A stretch of DNA of 64,000 bases from an archaeon (GTDB lineage: Archaea > Nanobdellota > Nanobdellia > SCGC-AAA011-G17 > GW2011-AR17), in assembly GCA_043825775.1 (NCBI GenBank), contig JBDRRK010000013.1, positions 6,463-70,462 on the forward strand. Direction: 5' to 3'. Shown in pieces: positions 9,631-19,407 of this stretch. Positions within the stretch are counted from its first letter, which is position 1. Each line of letters opens with the position of its first letter. The translations under genes were made by a program, and so were the position numbers. The notes below the pieces were generated by a model that worked only from the letters and a program-made list of their open reading frames with translations, was not told where the DNA came from and made no database searches.

Positions 9631-10032
9631 TTATAACTCCATTAAAAATTTTCTAAAATTTTTTAAAAAATCTCTTTTAGAACTTACAAAATCAACAATT
9701 CCTCTTTCTTGAATTGCCCTTAAATATTCATTTACTCCTGGTGATGCAGTATGTGCATATATTCTTGGAGTTCTCCATTGTTCTTGTCTAGCTATATGTT
9801 TTAGGGCTTCTGCTAATTCTATTCCATCTCTTATTGGCATTTGAACATCAGTAACAACGATACCATAATCTCTGCCATGTTCGAAATATGTTGTTATTGC
9901 ATTTGGACTATAATGTTCCAAATCTACTTGAAATCCTAAATCTCTTATGTTTGATGCAAATAATCTTCCAGCTATTTGTTCATCATCTACGACTAACACT
10001 TTTTTTCCGATATATGTTTTGTCACTATTCAT
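9631..10032 (-). CDS. Single-domain response regulator (REC)
   Basis: VLVVDD, TDVQMP, DGIEL, HTA and SK motifs. Confidence 0.88.
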   Translation of the reverse strand: MNSDKTYIGKKVLVVDDEQIAGRLFASNIRDLGFQVDLEHYSPNAITTYFEHGRDYGIVVTDVQMPIRDGIELAEALKHIARQEQWRTPRIYAHTASPGVNEYLRAIQERGIVDFVSSKRDFLKNFRKFLMEL

Positions 10033-10152
10033 TTTTTCACTTCACCTCGAATTTAAAAATTTATTTTTGGTGCCAGAGGAGGTATATAAATCTTTGCCTT
10101 ATAGAAAATTATTTAAAGTTCCTAGTTAGTATTTAGAGATAGAGGTGATCTA

Positions 10153-10686
10153 ATGAATAAAAAAGGTGCTATTGAACTTTCAATGACAACCATCATTATA
10201 ATTATTTTGGGTGTTATTTTATTGGTTTTTGGAATTGGGTTTATTACAAATATAATGACTGGTGCTAGTGGTATAGCTGATAAGGCTATCGAAGGCGGAC
10301 AACAACAAGTTATTAATATTTTGGGTTCAACAAAAGATCCATTGACATTATATTCTACAAATCTTGATTTAGAGCAAGGTGGATATACTTATGTTGGTGT
10401 TGTTATCCTAAATGATCAAGGAAATACAGGTGAATATAAACTTGAAACTGTAATGACTTCTTCTGATGATAATGATTTGGATTGTTATATAGCTGAAGTA
10501 AGGGATTTATCTGAAGAATTTTCATTAGCTTCAGGAAGAGATAGTTCAAGAACAATTGTTATTGAAGATGCTGGAAATACTGCACTTGGATTATATGGAT
10601 GTACAGTTAAATTAACTAGAAATAGTGAAGAGATAGCTAAAGAGTCTATATTGGTTAATGTTGTTGAGTCTGGAGGACTCTTCTAA
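10153..10686 (+). CDS. Class III signal peptide (pilin-like) surface protein
   Basis: MNKKG/AIELS followed by a long hydrophobic helix; GAGGTGA RBS upstream. Confidence 0.7.
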   Translation: MNKKGAIELSMTTIIIIILGVILLVFGIGFITNIMTGASGIADKAIEGGQQQVINILGSTKDPLTLYSTNLDLEQGGYTYVGVVILNDQGNTGEYKLETVMTSSDDNDLDCYIAEVRDLSEEFSLASGRDSSRTIVIEDAGNTALGLYGCTVKLTRNSEEIAKESILVNVVESGGLF

Positions 10687-10697
10687 ACCTTTATAAA
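10685..10697 (+). promoter_or_regulatory. BRE-TATA promoter AAACCTTTATAAA
   Basis: Same or near-identical motif at 25635, 26705, 50483 and 56181, each 23-27 nt before an ATG. Confidence 0.75.
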
Positions 10698-10719
10698 CCC
10701 CTCTTTTTTCTTATTTTAT

Positions 10720-11571
10720 ATGAATATATTCGCAGAAAGGTATAAGAAGCTAGGTGAGCCAGCTAAAACTGTTGATGTAAAACAGACTATTAGAGTGAAT
10801 ACTTTAAAAACTTCTAAAAAAAAGCTTATTGAAAGGTTAGAAAAGAGAGGTATTGAACTTGAGGAGATACCTTTTGTTAAAAATGGTTTATATATTTTAA
10901 ACTCAAGATTTAACGTTGTTTCAACTCCTGAATATGCACTAGGTTTATTTTACATTCAAGAGGCTGCTTCTCAGCTGCCTGTAGAGGTTTTAAACCCTAA
11001 AAAACTGTGTTTGGATGCTTGTGCTGCACCAGGTGGTAAAACTACCCAGATTGCTGAACAATGTGATGTTATTGCTGTTGATATTAGAGAAGATAGACTA
11101 AAAGCCTTACAGAATAATGTTGAAAGATTGGGAGTAAAAAATTGTAGTGCTTATGCAATGGATTTTAGAGGTGTTACTGACAAATTTGATTATATTTTAT
11201 TGGATTCTCCTTGTTCTGGTAACTTTGTTTTGGATGGGAAGATGTGGTTTAGGAATCAAACCTTAAAAAGAATTAATGAAAGATCTGAGTTGCAAAAAAC
11301 TTTGATTTCTCACGCTATTGAATTATTGAATAAGGATGGAACTTTAGTATATTCTACTTGTTCATTAGAGCCTGAAGAGGATGAGATGGTGATTCAATAT
11401 GCTCTTGATAATCATAAAATTAAGTTAGAAAAAGTGGATTGTATTGGTAGTGAAGGTCTAACTGAAGTTTTTGGTGTTAAATTGAATAAAGAGATTAAAA
11501 AATGTAGGAGATTGTGGCCTTGGAAAACAAATACACAAGGTTTTTTCATTGCAAAGATTAGAAAATGTTAG
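10720..11571 (+). CDS. RsmB/NOP2 family RNA m5C methyltransferase
   Basis: IRVNTLK, YIQEAAS, DACAAPGGKT, DSPCSG, YSTCS. Confidence 0.93.
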   Translation: MNIFAERYKKLGEPAKTVDVKQTIRVNTLKTSKKKLIERLEKRGIELEEIPFVKNGLYILNSRFNVVSTPEYALGLFYIQEAASQLPVEVLNPKKLCLDACAAPGGKTTQIAEQCDVIAVDIREDRLKALQNNVERLGVKNCSAYAMDFRGVTDKFDYILLDSPCSGNFVLDGKMWFRNQTLKRINERSELQKTLISHAIELLNKDGTLVYSTCSLEPEEDEMVIQYALDNHKIKLEKVDCIGSEGLTEVFGVKLNKEIKKCRRLWPWKTNTQGFFIAKIRKC

Positions 11572-11984
11572 AATTTATAAAAAAGTTTACGGATAAGAAA
11601 ATAGATTATGTTAAATTAAAAGGTAAATATTATTTAAAAAATGATTTAGAATTAACTTCTAAAAAGGTGTTTATGCCTGGTTTTATTTTAGGAGAAGATA
11701 AAGATGGAAAGTTTTTACCTTCCTTGGGTTTGTTAGATATTTTATCTGGAATGACTAAAGAGAAGATTTTTTTAAAGGATATTGGTGAGATTGACTTTAT
11801 TTTTAAGAAAAATTTAAGACCAAGACATATTGAAAGAATTGAAGGTGAAGATAAGATTGGATATTTAAAATTGGTTCAAAATGAACATGATGAAAATCTT
11901 GGTTATGCAAAGCTTAAAAAAGATAAAAGGGCTAAAAACATATTTGATAGGGGTAGTTTTGTTAGAAGGGAGAAACACTTATAA
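11565..11984 (+). CDS. NIP7/PUA-like ribosome biogenesis protein
   Basis: Coupled to the m5C methyltransferase; FLPSL, ENLGYA, DRGSFVRRE resemble archaeal NIP7-like proteins. Confidence 0.55.
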   Translation: MLEFIKKFTDKKIDYVKLKGKYYLKNDLELTSKKVFMPGFILGEDKDGKFLPSLGLLDILSGMTKEKIFLKDIGEIDFIFKKNLRPRHIERIEGEDKIGYLKLVQNEHDENLGYAKLKKDKRAKNIFDRGSFVRREKHL

Positions 11985-12007
11985 GTTTCTTTATTATTTA
12001 ATTCTAT

Positions 12008-13405
12008 ATGAAATTATATAATACTTTAAGTAGGAAGAAAGAGACTTTTTCTCCTTTGAAAAAACTAGTTGGAATATATAGTTGTGGGCCTACAGTTTAT
12101 AATTTTGCACATATTGGTAATTTGAGAACGTATATATTTTCTGATTTATTGAAAAGAACTATTGAATTTAATGGTAATAAAGTAAAACATGTTATGAATA
12201 TTACTGATGTTGGGCATTTGGTTTCAGATGCTGATGCTGGTGAAGATAAGATGATGAAAGCATTGGAAAGGGAAGGGTTGAAGCCAACAAAGGCATCAAT
12301 GTTAAAATTGGCTAATATGTATACTAAAGCATTTCATAAAGATTTGAAAGAATTGAATATTATTGAGCCAAAAGAATGGCCAAAGGCTACTGAGCATATT
12401 GAAGAAATGATAAGGCTGGTTAAGTTATTGTTAAAAAATGGTTATGCTTATGAAACTTCAACTGCTGTTTATTATGATATCTCTAAATTTAAAGATTATA
12501 ATAAATTGGCTCAGTTGTCATTAAATCAACTAGAAGCTGGCGCAAGAGTTGAAGTTGATAAAGAGAAGAAGAATCCTTTGGACTTTGTTTTATGGTTTAA
12601 AGCAGTTGGTAAACATTCAAAACATTTAATGCAATGGGACTCACCTTGGGGAAAGGGTTTTCCTGGTTGGCATATTGAGTGTTCTGCAATGGCTTCAAAA
12701 TATCTTGGAAAGCAGTTTGATATTCATACTGGTGGAATTGATCATATTCCTATACACCATACTAATGAAATTGCACAATCAGAAGGAGCATTTAATGTAA
12801 ATCCTTGGGTTAAGTATTGGGTTCATGGTGAATTCTTAGTTTTACAGAAAGAAAAGATGGCTAAATCAGGAGATAATTTTATTACATTAGATACATTGAA
12901 GAAAAAAGGTTATGATGCATTAGATTATAGATATTTTTGTTTAGGTACACATTATAGAAAACCTTTGATGTTTTCTTATGAAGGGTTGGATGCAGCTAGA
13001 AATGGTTATGATAGATTAAAGAATAAAGTTTTGGAAATGTTAGAAGAGCCTGATATTGGTGAAGAAGATGTTGAAGAATTTATTGAAAGTTTTCAAGAGG
13101 CTATAAATGATGATTTGAACACACCTAAGGCTTTAGCTGTTGTTTGGGATATGGTTAAGGATGAAAAAGTTATTAATAAGAAAAAATATAAAGTTCTTAT
13201 GGAGTTTGATAGAGTTTTAGGTTTAAGATTAGATGAAATTAAAGTTGAAAAATTACCAAAAGAAATTACTCTTTTGATTGAAAAGAGAGAACATTCAAGA
13301 TTGCAAAAACATTGGGATGATGCTGATAAATTGAGAGATGAACTGAAGAAAAAAGGATATTTAATTGAAGATACCTCTAATGGTGCAAGGTGGAAAAGAG
13401 TTTGA
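12008..13405 (+). CDS. cysS: Cysteine--tRNA ligase
   Basis: CGPTVY, HIGN, GWHIECS, KMAKS. Confidence 0.97.
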   Translation: MKLYNTLSRKKETFSPLKKLVGIYSCGPTVYNFAHIGNLRTYIFSDLLKRTIEFNGNKVKHVMNITDVGHLVSDADAGEDKMMKALEREGLKPTKASMLKLANMYTKAFHKDLKELNIIEPKEWPKATEHIEEMIRLVKLLLKNGYAYETSTAVYYDISKFKDYNKLAQLSLNQLEAGARVEVDKEKKNPLDFVLWFKAVGKHSKHLMQWDSPWGKGFPGWHIECSAMASKYLGKQFDIHTGGIDHIPIHHTNEIAQSEGAFNVNPWVKYWVHGEFLVLQKEKMAKSGDNFITLDTLKKKGYDALDYRYFCLGTHYRKPLMFSYEGLDAARNGYDRLKNKVLEMLEEPDIGEEDVEEFIESFQEAINDDLNTPKALAVVWDMVKDEKVINKKKYKVLMEFDRVLGLRLDEIKVEKLPKEITLLIEKREHSRLQKHWDDADKLRDELKKKGYLIEDTSNGARWKRV

Positions 13406-14505
13406 TGGAAAAAACAAAATATTTCTCATATAAAAACAATAAACTTGCAAAAGGTTGTGAATTGTGTTTAAAGGGAAAAAAGATGGTTCTTTTTGTTACA
13501 GGGGTTTGTTCTAATAATTGTTATTTTTGTCCAGTATCTGAAGAGAAATTTAAAAAAGATGTTATTTTTGCAAATGAAATGCCTATTGAAAAAATAACTG
13601 ATATAATAAAAGAAGCTAAACTTTGTTCTTCTTCAGGTTGTGGGATTACTGGTGGTGATCCTTTAGCTAGACTTGATAGAACACTTAAGACTATTGAAAT
13701 TTTAAAAGAAGAGTTTGGTACTAATTTTCATATCCATTTGTATACTCCCTTAGCCAATGTTAGTAATGAAGTTATTGAAACTTTAGAAAGAGCTGGTTTA
13801 GATGAAATAAGATTCCATCCTGATTTAGATGATAGCTCTTTATGGAATAAGATAAAAATTCCTACAAAAATGTCAAAAGGTGTTGAGATTCCTGTAATTC
13901 CTAATAAGAAAAAAGAAACAATAAAATTAATTGAATTTATTTCTGGAGTTGTTGACTTTTTGAATTTGAATGAATTAGAAATTGCTGATGCAAAACATAA
14001 TAAGTTAGCTGAATTAGGATTTGAACCTAAGTCTGATTTAAGTTATGCTGTTAAAGGTTCCGAAGAACTTGCATTGGAATTGTTGAATAAATATCCTAAA
14101 ATGAATATACATTATTGTACCACTAAATTAAAAGATTCTGTGCAGTTAATGAATAGGATTGAATTAAGAGCTAAAAATGTTAAGAAACCTTATGATAAAC
14201 TAAATGGAGCTACTCTGATTAGGGGGGCTATTTATTTGAAAGAGTTAACTCCAGATTTTGGTTTTCAGAAAAAATTATTGAATGTTAATAAAGAAAAGAC
14301 TATTGAAAAATTAAAGGAAGCTAAAGAGAAACTTTCAAAACATTTTAAGAATCTAGATATTGATGGTAATAAAATGAGAATTCTTACTTCTAAACAAGAG
14401 ATTAAACAGAAAGCAAAAGTTGTTAGAAAACTAGGTTTTATTCCTTATGTTACTGAGGAATTAGCTACTTTTGATCAGTTTGAGATTGAGAGTGAAGAAC
14501 TTTAA
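13390..14505 (+). CDS. Radical SAM protein (archaeal uncharacterised, PFL-activating-enzyme-related)
   Basis: CSNNCYFC, TGGDP, LDEIRFHP. Confidence 0.85.
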   Translation: MEKSLMEKTKYFSYKNNKLAKGCELCLKGKKMVLFVTGVCSNNCYFCPVSEEKFKKDVIFANEMPIEKITDIIKEAKLCSSSGCGITGGDPLARLDRTLKTIEILKEEFGTNFHIHLYTPLANVSNEVIETLERAGLDEIRFHPDLDDSSLWNKIKIPTKMSKGVEIPVIPNKKKETIKLIEFISGVVDFLNLNELEIADAKHNKLAELGFEPKSDLSYAVKGSEELALELLNKYPKMNIHYCTTKLKDSVQLMNRIELRAKNVKKPYDKLNGATLIRGAIYLKELTPDFGFQKKLLNVNKEKTIEKLKEAKEKLSKHFKNLDIDGNKMRILTSKQEIKQKAKVVRKLGFIPYVTEELATFDQFEIESEEL

Positions 14506-15006
14506 TTATCTGCTTCTTCTTCCTTTAACAATAAAATTATATGCTATCATTGCAACATAAGATACATCTGTTCTTATTGGATTTCTTTCTTTTTTATCTA
14601 AATATTCAGATTGGATTTCTACCAGTCTATCTAAATCTCCTGTTGGTTCATGAGCATATATTGGAGAGCATAATCCTGGTTTGAATTGTTTTATCCTTTC
14701 CCTAAATTCTTGAGGATATTTTTCCCATTCTTCTTCTCTTGAAGGTCTTATACCTACAAGAGTCATTTCTCCCTTTAGAATATTTATTAATTGAGGAATT
14801 TCATCTATCCAGTATCTTCTTAAATATTTTCCAACTGGAGTAATTCTTGGATCTTCATTAATTTTTCCTGATTCATCTAAACCATTTGAATCAAAAAGAG
14901 TACTAAACTCTCTTTCTGCTCCAACTCTCATTGTTCTTAATTTATACTCTATAAATGGAATCCCATCTTTTCCTACTGCTTTTTTACAATATAAGAGATC
15001 AAACAT
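14506..15006 (-). CDS. Sugar transferase (Bac_transf, monotopic phosphoglycosyl transferase)
   Basis: KLRTM, DPRITPVGKYLRR, DEIPQL, GEMTLVGIRP. Confidence 0.85.
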   Translation of the reverse strand: MFDLLYCKKAVGKDGIPFIEYKLRTMRVGAEREFSTLFDSNGLDESGKINEDPRITPVGKYLRRYWIDEIPQLINILKGEMTLVGIRPSREEEWEKYPQEFRERIKQFKPGLCSPIYAHEPTGDLDRLVEIQSEYLDKKERNPIRTDVSYVAMIAYNFIVKGRRSR

Positions 15007-15037
15007 ATTTTTAAAATTATTTTTTTATTTATAAAAA

Positions 15038-15538
15038 TTATGTATACTCCTTAATATTATGTTGCCAATATTCATAGACTAACCATAGGACTAAAAGAAT
15101 TGCATCTATTCCTGCATAAACTGTTCCTGAAAATATTGTTGCTGATAAAAGGTTTAATCCAAAAGGGATATTCCATATAGGATAGAAAGGATATACTATT
15201 CCCGAAAAAATGGCGTCAAGGAGGACATGAATTACCCATCCGAAACCTACCACCATGAATATCTTTCCAATTTTATCTTTATATTTTAATAAAATTAATC
15301 CAATTAAGAAAATCCCCATTCCAATTACAAAATTATGTGTGAATAATCTATGTACTTCCCCATATGCTGTAAATCCAGATGTAATCCAATAAAATAATAC
15401 ATCAATATCTGGAAGTAATCCAGCTATTCCTCCTATTAATACTAGATATAATGGAAAATTCTTTCTTTTGAAAATGTGATGTCTTGCAAAACTTAGCAAG
15501 ATTAATGGAATTAAAATATGTGTTACTGCATTTGGCAT
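15038..15538 (-). CDS. Membrane metal-dependent hydrolase (YdjM-like)
   Basis: TH...LLPDID...HRLFTH...HVLLD. Confidence 0.8.
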   Translation of the reverse strand: MPNAVTHILIPLILLSFARHHIFKRKNFPLYLVLIGGIAGLLPDIDVLFYWITSGFTAYGEVHRLFTHNFVIGMGIFLIGLILLKYKDKIGKIFMVVGFGWVIHVLLDAIFSGIVYPFYPIWNIPFGLNLLSATIFSGTVYAGIDAILLVLWLVYEYWQHNIKEYT

Positions 15539-15610
15539 ACTATAATGAAGAGGAAATAGTATAAAAACATTACCAAAAAGCTTATTAAATTTGTAGATTT
15601 GGATTTTTAG

Positions 15611-15952
15611 ATGGATATTTTTAAGGGAGATACTTTAATTGCTAAAGATGTAAAGATTTGTAAATCTTTATTTTCAAGAATGCAAGGGCTTATGTTTGCT
15701 AAACATATAACTCCTGTTTTATTAGAACAAGAAAGAGAATCTGTAATTGCTATTCATATGTTCTTTGTATTTAGGAGAATTGATGCTATTTGGTTAAATA
15801 GAAAAAATGTAATTGTTGATATAAAAAGGGGTTTGATTCCTTTTTCACCAATTGAATTATCAACAGAACATGCTAAATCAGTCTTAGAATTGCCTAGATA
15901 TGGGGCGAAGAAATTAAGAATTGGAGATATGTTAGAATTCTTGTATGATTAG
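15611..15952 (+). CDS. DUF192 family protein
   Basis: RMQGLMF, IHMFFV, VLELP. Confidence 0.85.
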   Translation: MDIFKGDTLIAKDVKICKSLFSRMQGLMFAKHITPVLLEQERESVIAIHMFFVFRRIDAIWLNRKNVIVDIKRGLIPFSPIELSTEHAKSVLELPRYGAKKLRIGDMLEFLYD

Positions 15953-15987
15953 AAAACTATATATACTTTTTAGTATAATGATTTATT

Positions 15988-17325
15988 ATGATTGAAATTT
16001 GTGCAGTAGGAGGATATTCTGAAGTTGGAAAGAATATGACAGCAATTAGAGTTGATGATGAAGTCATAATCTGTGATATGGGCTTTTATTTGCCTGAGAT
16101 TATTAAATTGCAAGATGAAGATGAAGAGGTTATGGAAAAGTTGGATAGAAAAACTCTGATTCAATATGGAGCTATACCTAATGATAATGTGATTAAAAAA
16201 TGGAAGAATGATGTTAAAGCTATTTTTGTTACTCATTGTCATTTAGATCATGTTGGGGCTATTGCTTATATGGCTGAGGAGTATAAAGCTCCTGTTTATG
16301 GAACTCCTTTTTCTATTGAAGTTGTAAAACAAATTTTAAAAGATGAAAAGATTAAAATTAAAAATAAATTAAAAACATTAAATAGTAATGCTTCTGTAAA
16401 GATTTCTGATAATATTACCGTTGAATTTATTAATATGACTCATTCAACACCTCAGACTGTTATGATTGCTATTCATACAAAGTATGGGGCTATTATTTAT
16501 GCAAATGATTTCAAGTTTGATAATACTCCAGTTCTAGGGAAGAAACCGAACTATAAAAGATTGAAAGAGATTGGAAAAAAAGGATGTATTGCTTTAATTG
16601 CTGATGCTTTATATTCAAATGCTGATATGAAAACTCCTTCTGAAAAAGTAGCAAGAGAATTATTGAAAGATGTTTTATTGGGTACTAATAATAAAGGACA
16701 TTTAATTGTTGTTACAACTTTTGCTTCACATATTGCAAGATTGAAATCAATAATTGAATTTGGTAAGAAATTAAATAGAAAGATTGTTTTTATGGGAAGA
16801 AGTATGCACAAATATATTACTGCTGCTGAAAACATCCATCTTGTTAACTTTTCTAAAGATGCTGAAATTATTGGTATGGGTGGACAGATTAAGAGAAAAT
16901 TAAAACAGATTCAGAAAAATCCTGATAAATATATGATTGTTTGTACTGGTAATCAAGGAGAGCCTAGAGCTGTATTGACAAGATTGGCTTTAGGAGAGTT
17001 ACCTTATAAATTAATATCTGGGGATCATATTATTTATTCTTGTAGAGTTATTCCTGCTCCGATTAATGTTGCAAATAGAGCAATGCAAGAAGAGAAATTA
17101 AAACAAAAGGGAGTAAGAATTTTTAAAGACATTCATACTTCTGGACATGCAGCGAGAGAAGACCATAGAGATTTGATAGGTTTAATAAAACCTAAACATT
17201 TAATACCTGCACATGGAGATATTACTAAACTGACCCCTATGGCAGAGCTTGCTATGGAATTAGGCTATGCTATGGGCAAGAATGTTCACCTTCTTAGAGA
17301 TGGACAATTCTTGAAAATAGAGTAA
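15988..17325 (+). CDS. rnj: Ribonuclease J (beta-CASP metallo-beta-lactamase)
   Basis: GGYSEVGKNM, THCHLDH, HS, TGNQGEP, HTSGH, PAHG. Confidence 0.93.
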   Translation: MIEICAVGGYSEVGKNMTAIRVDDEVIICDMGFYLPEIIKLQDEDEEVMEKLDRKTLIQYGAIPNDNVIKKWKNDVKAIFVTHCHLDHVGAIAYMAEEYKAPVYGTPFSIEVVKQILKDEKIKIKNKLKTLNSNASVKISDNITVEFINMTHSTPQTVMIAIHTKYGAIIYANDFKFDNTPVLGKKPNYKRLKEIGKKGCIALIADALYSNADMKTPSEKVARELLKDVLLGTNNKGHLIVVTTFASHIARLKSIIEFGKKLNRKIVFMGRSMHKYITAAENIHLVNFSKDAEIIGMGGQIKRKLKQIQKNPDKYMIVCTGNQGEPRAVLTRLALGELPYKLISGDHIIYSCRVIPAPINVANRAMQEEKLKQKGVRIFKDIHTSGHAAREDHRDLIGLIKPKHLIPAHGDITKLTPMAELAMELGYAMGKNVHLLRDGQFLKIE

Positions 17326-17468
17326 AAACCAAAACATTTATAAACACAGAATTTTTTTGATTACCCTTATGAATAGAGCTTTCTATAACTTCAAAAGTGA
17401 AAATAAAGATAATTTTGCAGTTATTTCAACTATTAACAGATTAAATTTTGAAGTATAGAGAGATTCAT

Positions 17469-17576
17469 GCCCTGATAGTGTAGTCCGGTCTATCATGTTG
17501 CCCTGTCGAGGCAACGACCCGGGTTCGAAAAAGGGTTGCCAGGTTGAGGTGCCCCACGAAAGTCCCGGTTAGGGCG
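17469..17576 (+). tRNA. tRNA-Asp(GTC) with a 33-nt T-loop intron (17530-17562, position 59/60)
   Basis: GCCCTGA/TTAGGGC acceptor, TTGCC-CTGTCGA-GGCAA anticodon arm, CCGGG-TTCGAA/T-CCCGG T arm after splicing. Confidence 0.93.
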
Positions 17577-17579
17577 TGT

Positions 17580-17653
17580 GGACCAGTAGCTCAGTCTGGT
17601 AGAGCACTTCACTTTTAATGAAGTGGTCGCGGGTTCAAATCCCGTCTGGTCCT
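17580..17653 (+). tRNA. tRNA-Lys(TTT)
   Basis: GGACCAG/CTGGTCC acceptor, CTTCA-CTTTTAA-TGAAG anticodon arm, GCGGG-TTCAAAT-CCCGT T arm. Confidence 0.95.
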
Positions 17654-17684
17654 TTCCATAAGGAAAGTGAAGGAGTTTCACAAT

Positions 17685-17930
17685 ATGACAGAAGAAAAAT
17701 TTGACGTTTCAACACATTATTTTGTACCAAAACATGAGAAACTCTCTGAGGAAGATAAGCTTGCCTTATTAGAACAGTATAATATTTCTGAAATTCAATT
17801 ACCTAAAATAATGAAATCAGACCCTGCTATTCAAAAGTTTAATCCTAAAAGTGGTGATGTTATTAAAATTACAAGAATAAGTCCAACAATAGGAGAAGCT
17901 GTATATTACAGATTAGTATCAAATGCCTAG
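17685..17930 (+). CDS. rpoH: RNA polymerase subunit H (Rpo5)
   Basis: HYFVPKH, LPKI, DP, GDVIKITR, YYRLV; ATG at 17685 preferred (AAGGAG upstream). Confidence 0.95.
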   Translation: MTEEKFDVSTHYFVPKHEKLSEEDKLALLEQYNISEIQLPKIMKSDPAIQKFNPKSGDVIKITRISPTIGEAVYYRLVSNA

Positions 17931-19407
17931 AAAAATTTTAATAAAAAAATACTTTGAAGAACATTCATTTATTCAAGCAAGCATTGAGAGTTATAACAAG
18001 TTTATAGATAATGAGCTACAAAAAACAATTGATGAAATTGGTGATATTATTCCTACAATTCTTCCTCCAGATGTACAAGAGTTTAAGATTAAGTTAAATA
18101 AAATTTGGATTGAAAAACCTCAAATTGTAGAGGCTGATGGTTCTAAAAGGAATATTTTTCCAGTTGAAGCAAGATTAAGAAAATTAACTTATGCTGCACC
18201 AATCTTTTTAGAGGTTTCTGCTTTTGTTGATGGAATACAAAGAGAAAACTTTGTTTCTAATATTGGAAGAATTCCAGTTATGATTAGATCTAAATATTGT
18301 CACCTTGATAAATTATCTGAAGATGAATTAATTGAACATGGTGAAGATCCAAATGATACTGGAGGTTACTTTATTGTTAATGGTAATGAGAGAGTTATTA
18401 TTACTGTTGAAGATTTACTACCTAATAGAATCTTTTTCCAAGAGAATAAAATTGGACCAAGTAAGTTTACTGCAAAAATATTTTCACAAAGAGGGGCTTA
18501 CTCTATTCCTCATGTAATTGAACAGATGAAAGATGGAATTATCTATCTATCTTTTACCAAATTCAAAAGAATTCCTATTGTTCAAGTGATTAAAGCATTA
18601 GGATTAACAAAAGATGAAGAAATTATGAAAGCAATTTCTGCAGATAAAGAGTATGATGATATTTATATTAATCTATATAATTCAGTAGATATAAAAACTG
18701 ATGAAGATGCAATGGAGATTATTGCAAAGAAAACAGGATTGACTCAACCTAGAGAGATTAAATTAGAGAAAACTGCTGAACAGTTAGATCATTATTTAAT
18801 GCCACATGTTGGGATTAGTGCTAAAGATAGAATTCCTAAAGCTCATCACATTTGTAAATTAGTTAAAAAGTTTTTACAGATTTCAAAGGATGGAATGACT
18901 TTAACTGATAAAGATCATTATAAGAATAAAAAATTAAAACTGCCTGGTGATTTACTTGCTGACTTGTTTAAAGTAAATATGAGAGTTTTGGTTAATGATA
19001 TTTTATATAACTTCCAAAGATTAGTTAAAAGAGGAAAATTCCAATCAGTAAAAATTATTATTAGAGATAAATTATTGACATCAAGATTACAGAGTGCAAT
19101 TGCAACTGGGTCATGGGTTGGTGGAAGAAAAGGAATTTCACAAAACATTGATAGAATTAATAATTTAGCTTCATTATCTCACTTAGGTAGAGTTGTTTCA
19201 TTACTTTCTGCTACACAAGAAAACTTTGAAGCTAGAGAGATACATTGTACACATTGGGGTAGATTATGTCCAATTGAAACTCCAGAAGGAACCCCCATTG
19301 GTTTAAGAAAGAATATGGCTTTATTATGTGATGTTACTAGAGATGATATCTCTGAAGAGAAAATAAGAAAGATTGTAGAAAATTTAGGAGTTGAACTAAT
19401 CAAATGA
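17923..19407 (+). CDS. rpoB2: RNA polymerase subunit B''
   Basis: GGYFIVNG, GRLCPIETPEG. Confidence 0.97.
   Translation: MPRKILIKKYFEEHSFIQASIESYNKFIDNELQKTIDEIGDIIPTILPPDVQEFKIKLNKIWIEKPQIVEADGSKRNIFPVEARLRKLTYAAPIFLEVSAFVDGIQRENFVSNIGRIPVMIRSKYCHLDKLSEDELIEHGEDPNDTGGYFIVNGNERVIITVEDLLPNRIFFQENKIGPSKFTAKIFSQRGAYSIPHVIEQMKDGIIYLSFTKFKRIPIVQVIKALGLTKDEEIMKAISADKEYDDIYINLYNSVDIKTDEDAMEIIAKKTGLTQPREIKLEKTAEQLDHYLMPHVGISAKDRIPKAHHICKLVKKFLQISKDGMTLTDKDHYKNKKLKLPGDLLADLFKVNMRVLVNDILYNFQRLVKRGKFQSVKIIIRDKLLTSRLQSAIATGSWVGGRKGISQNIDRINNLASLSHLGRVVSLLSATQENFEAREIHCTHWGRLCPIETPEGTPIGLRKNMALLCDVTRDDISEEKIRKIVENLGVELIK

Noticed and set aside
17493-17681. 62-aa ORF on the minus strand
   Set aside because: Antisense to tRNA-Asp and tRNA-Lys
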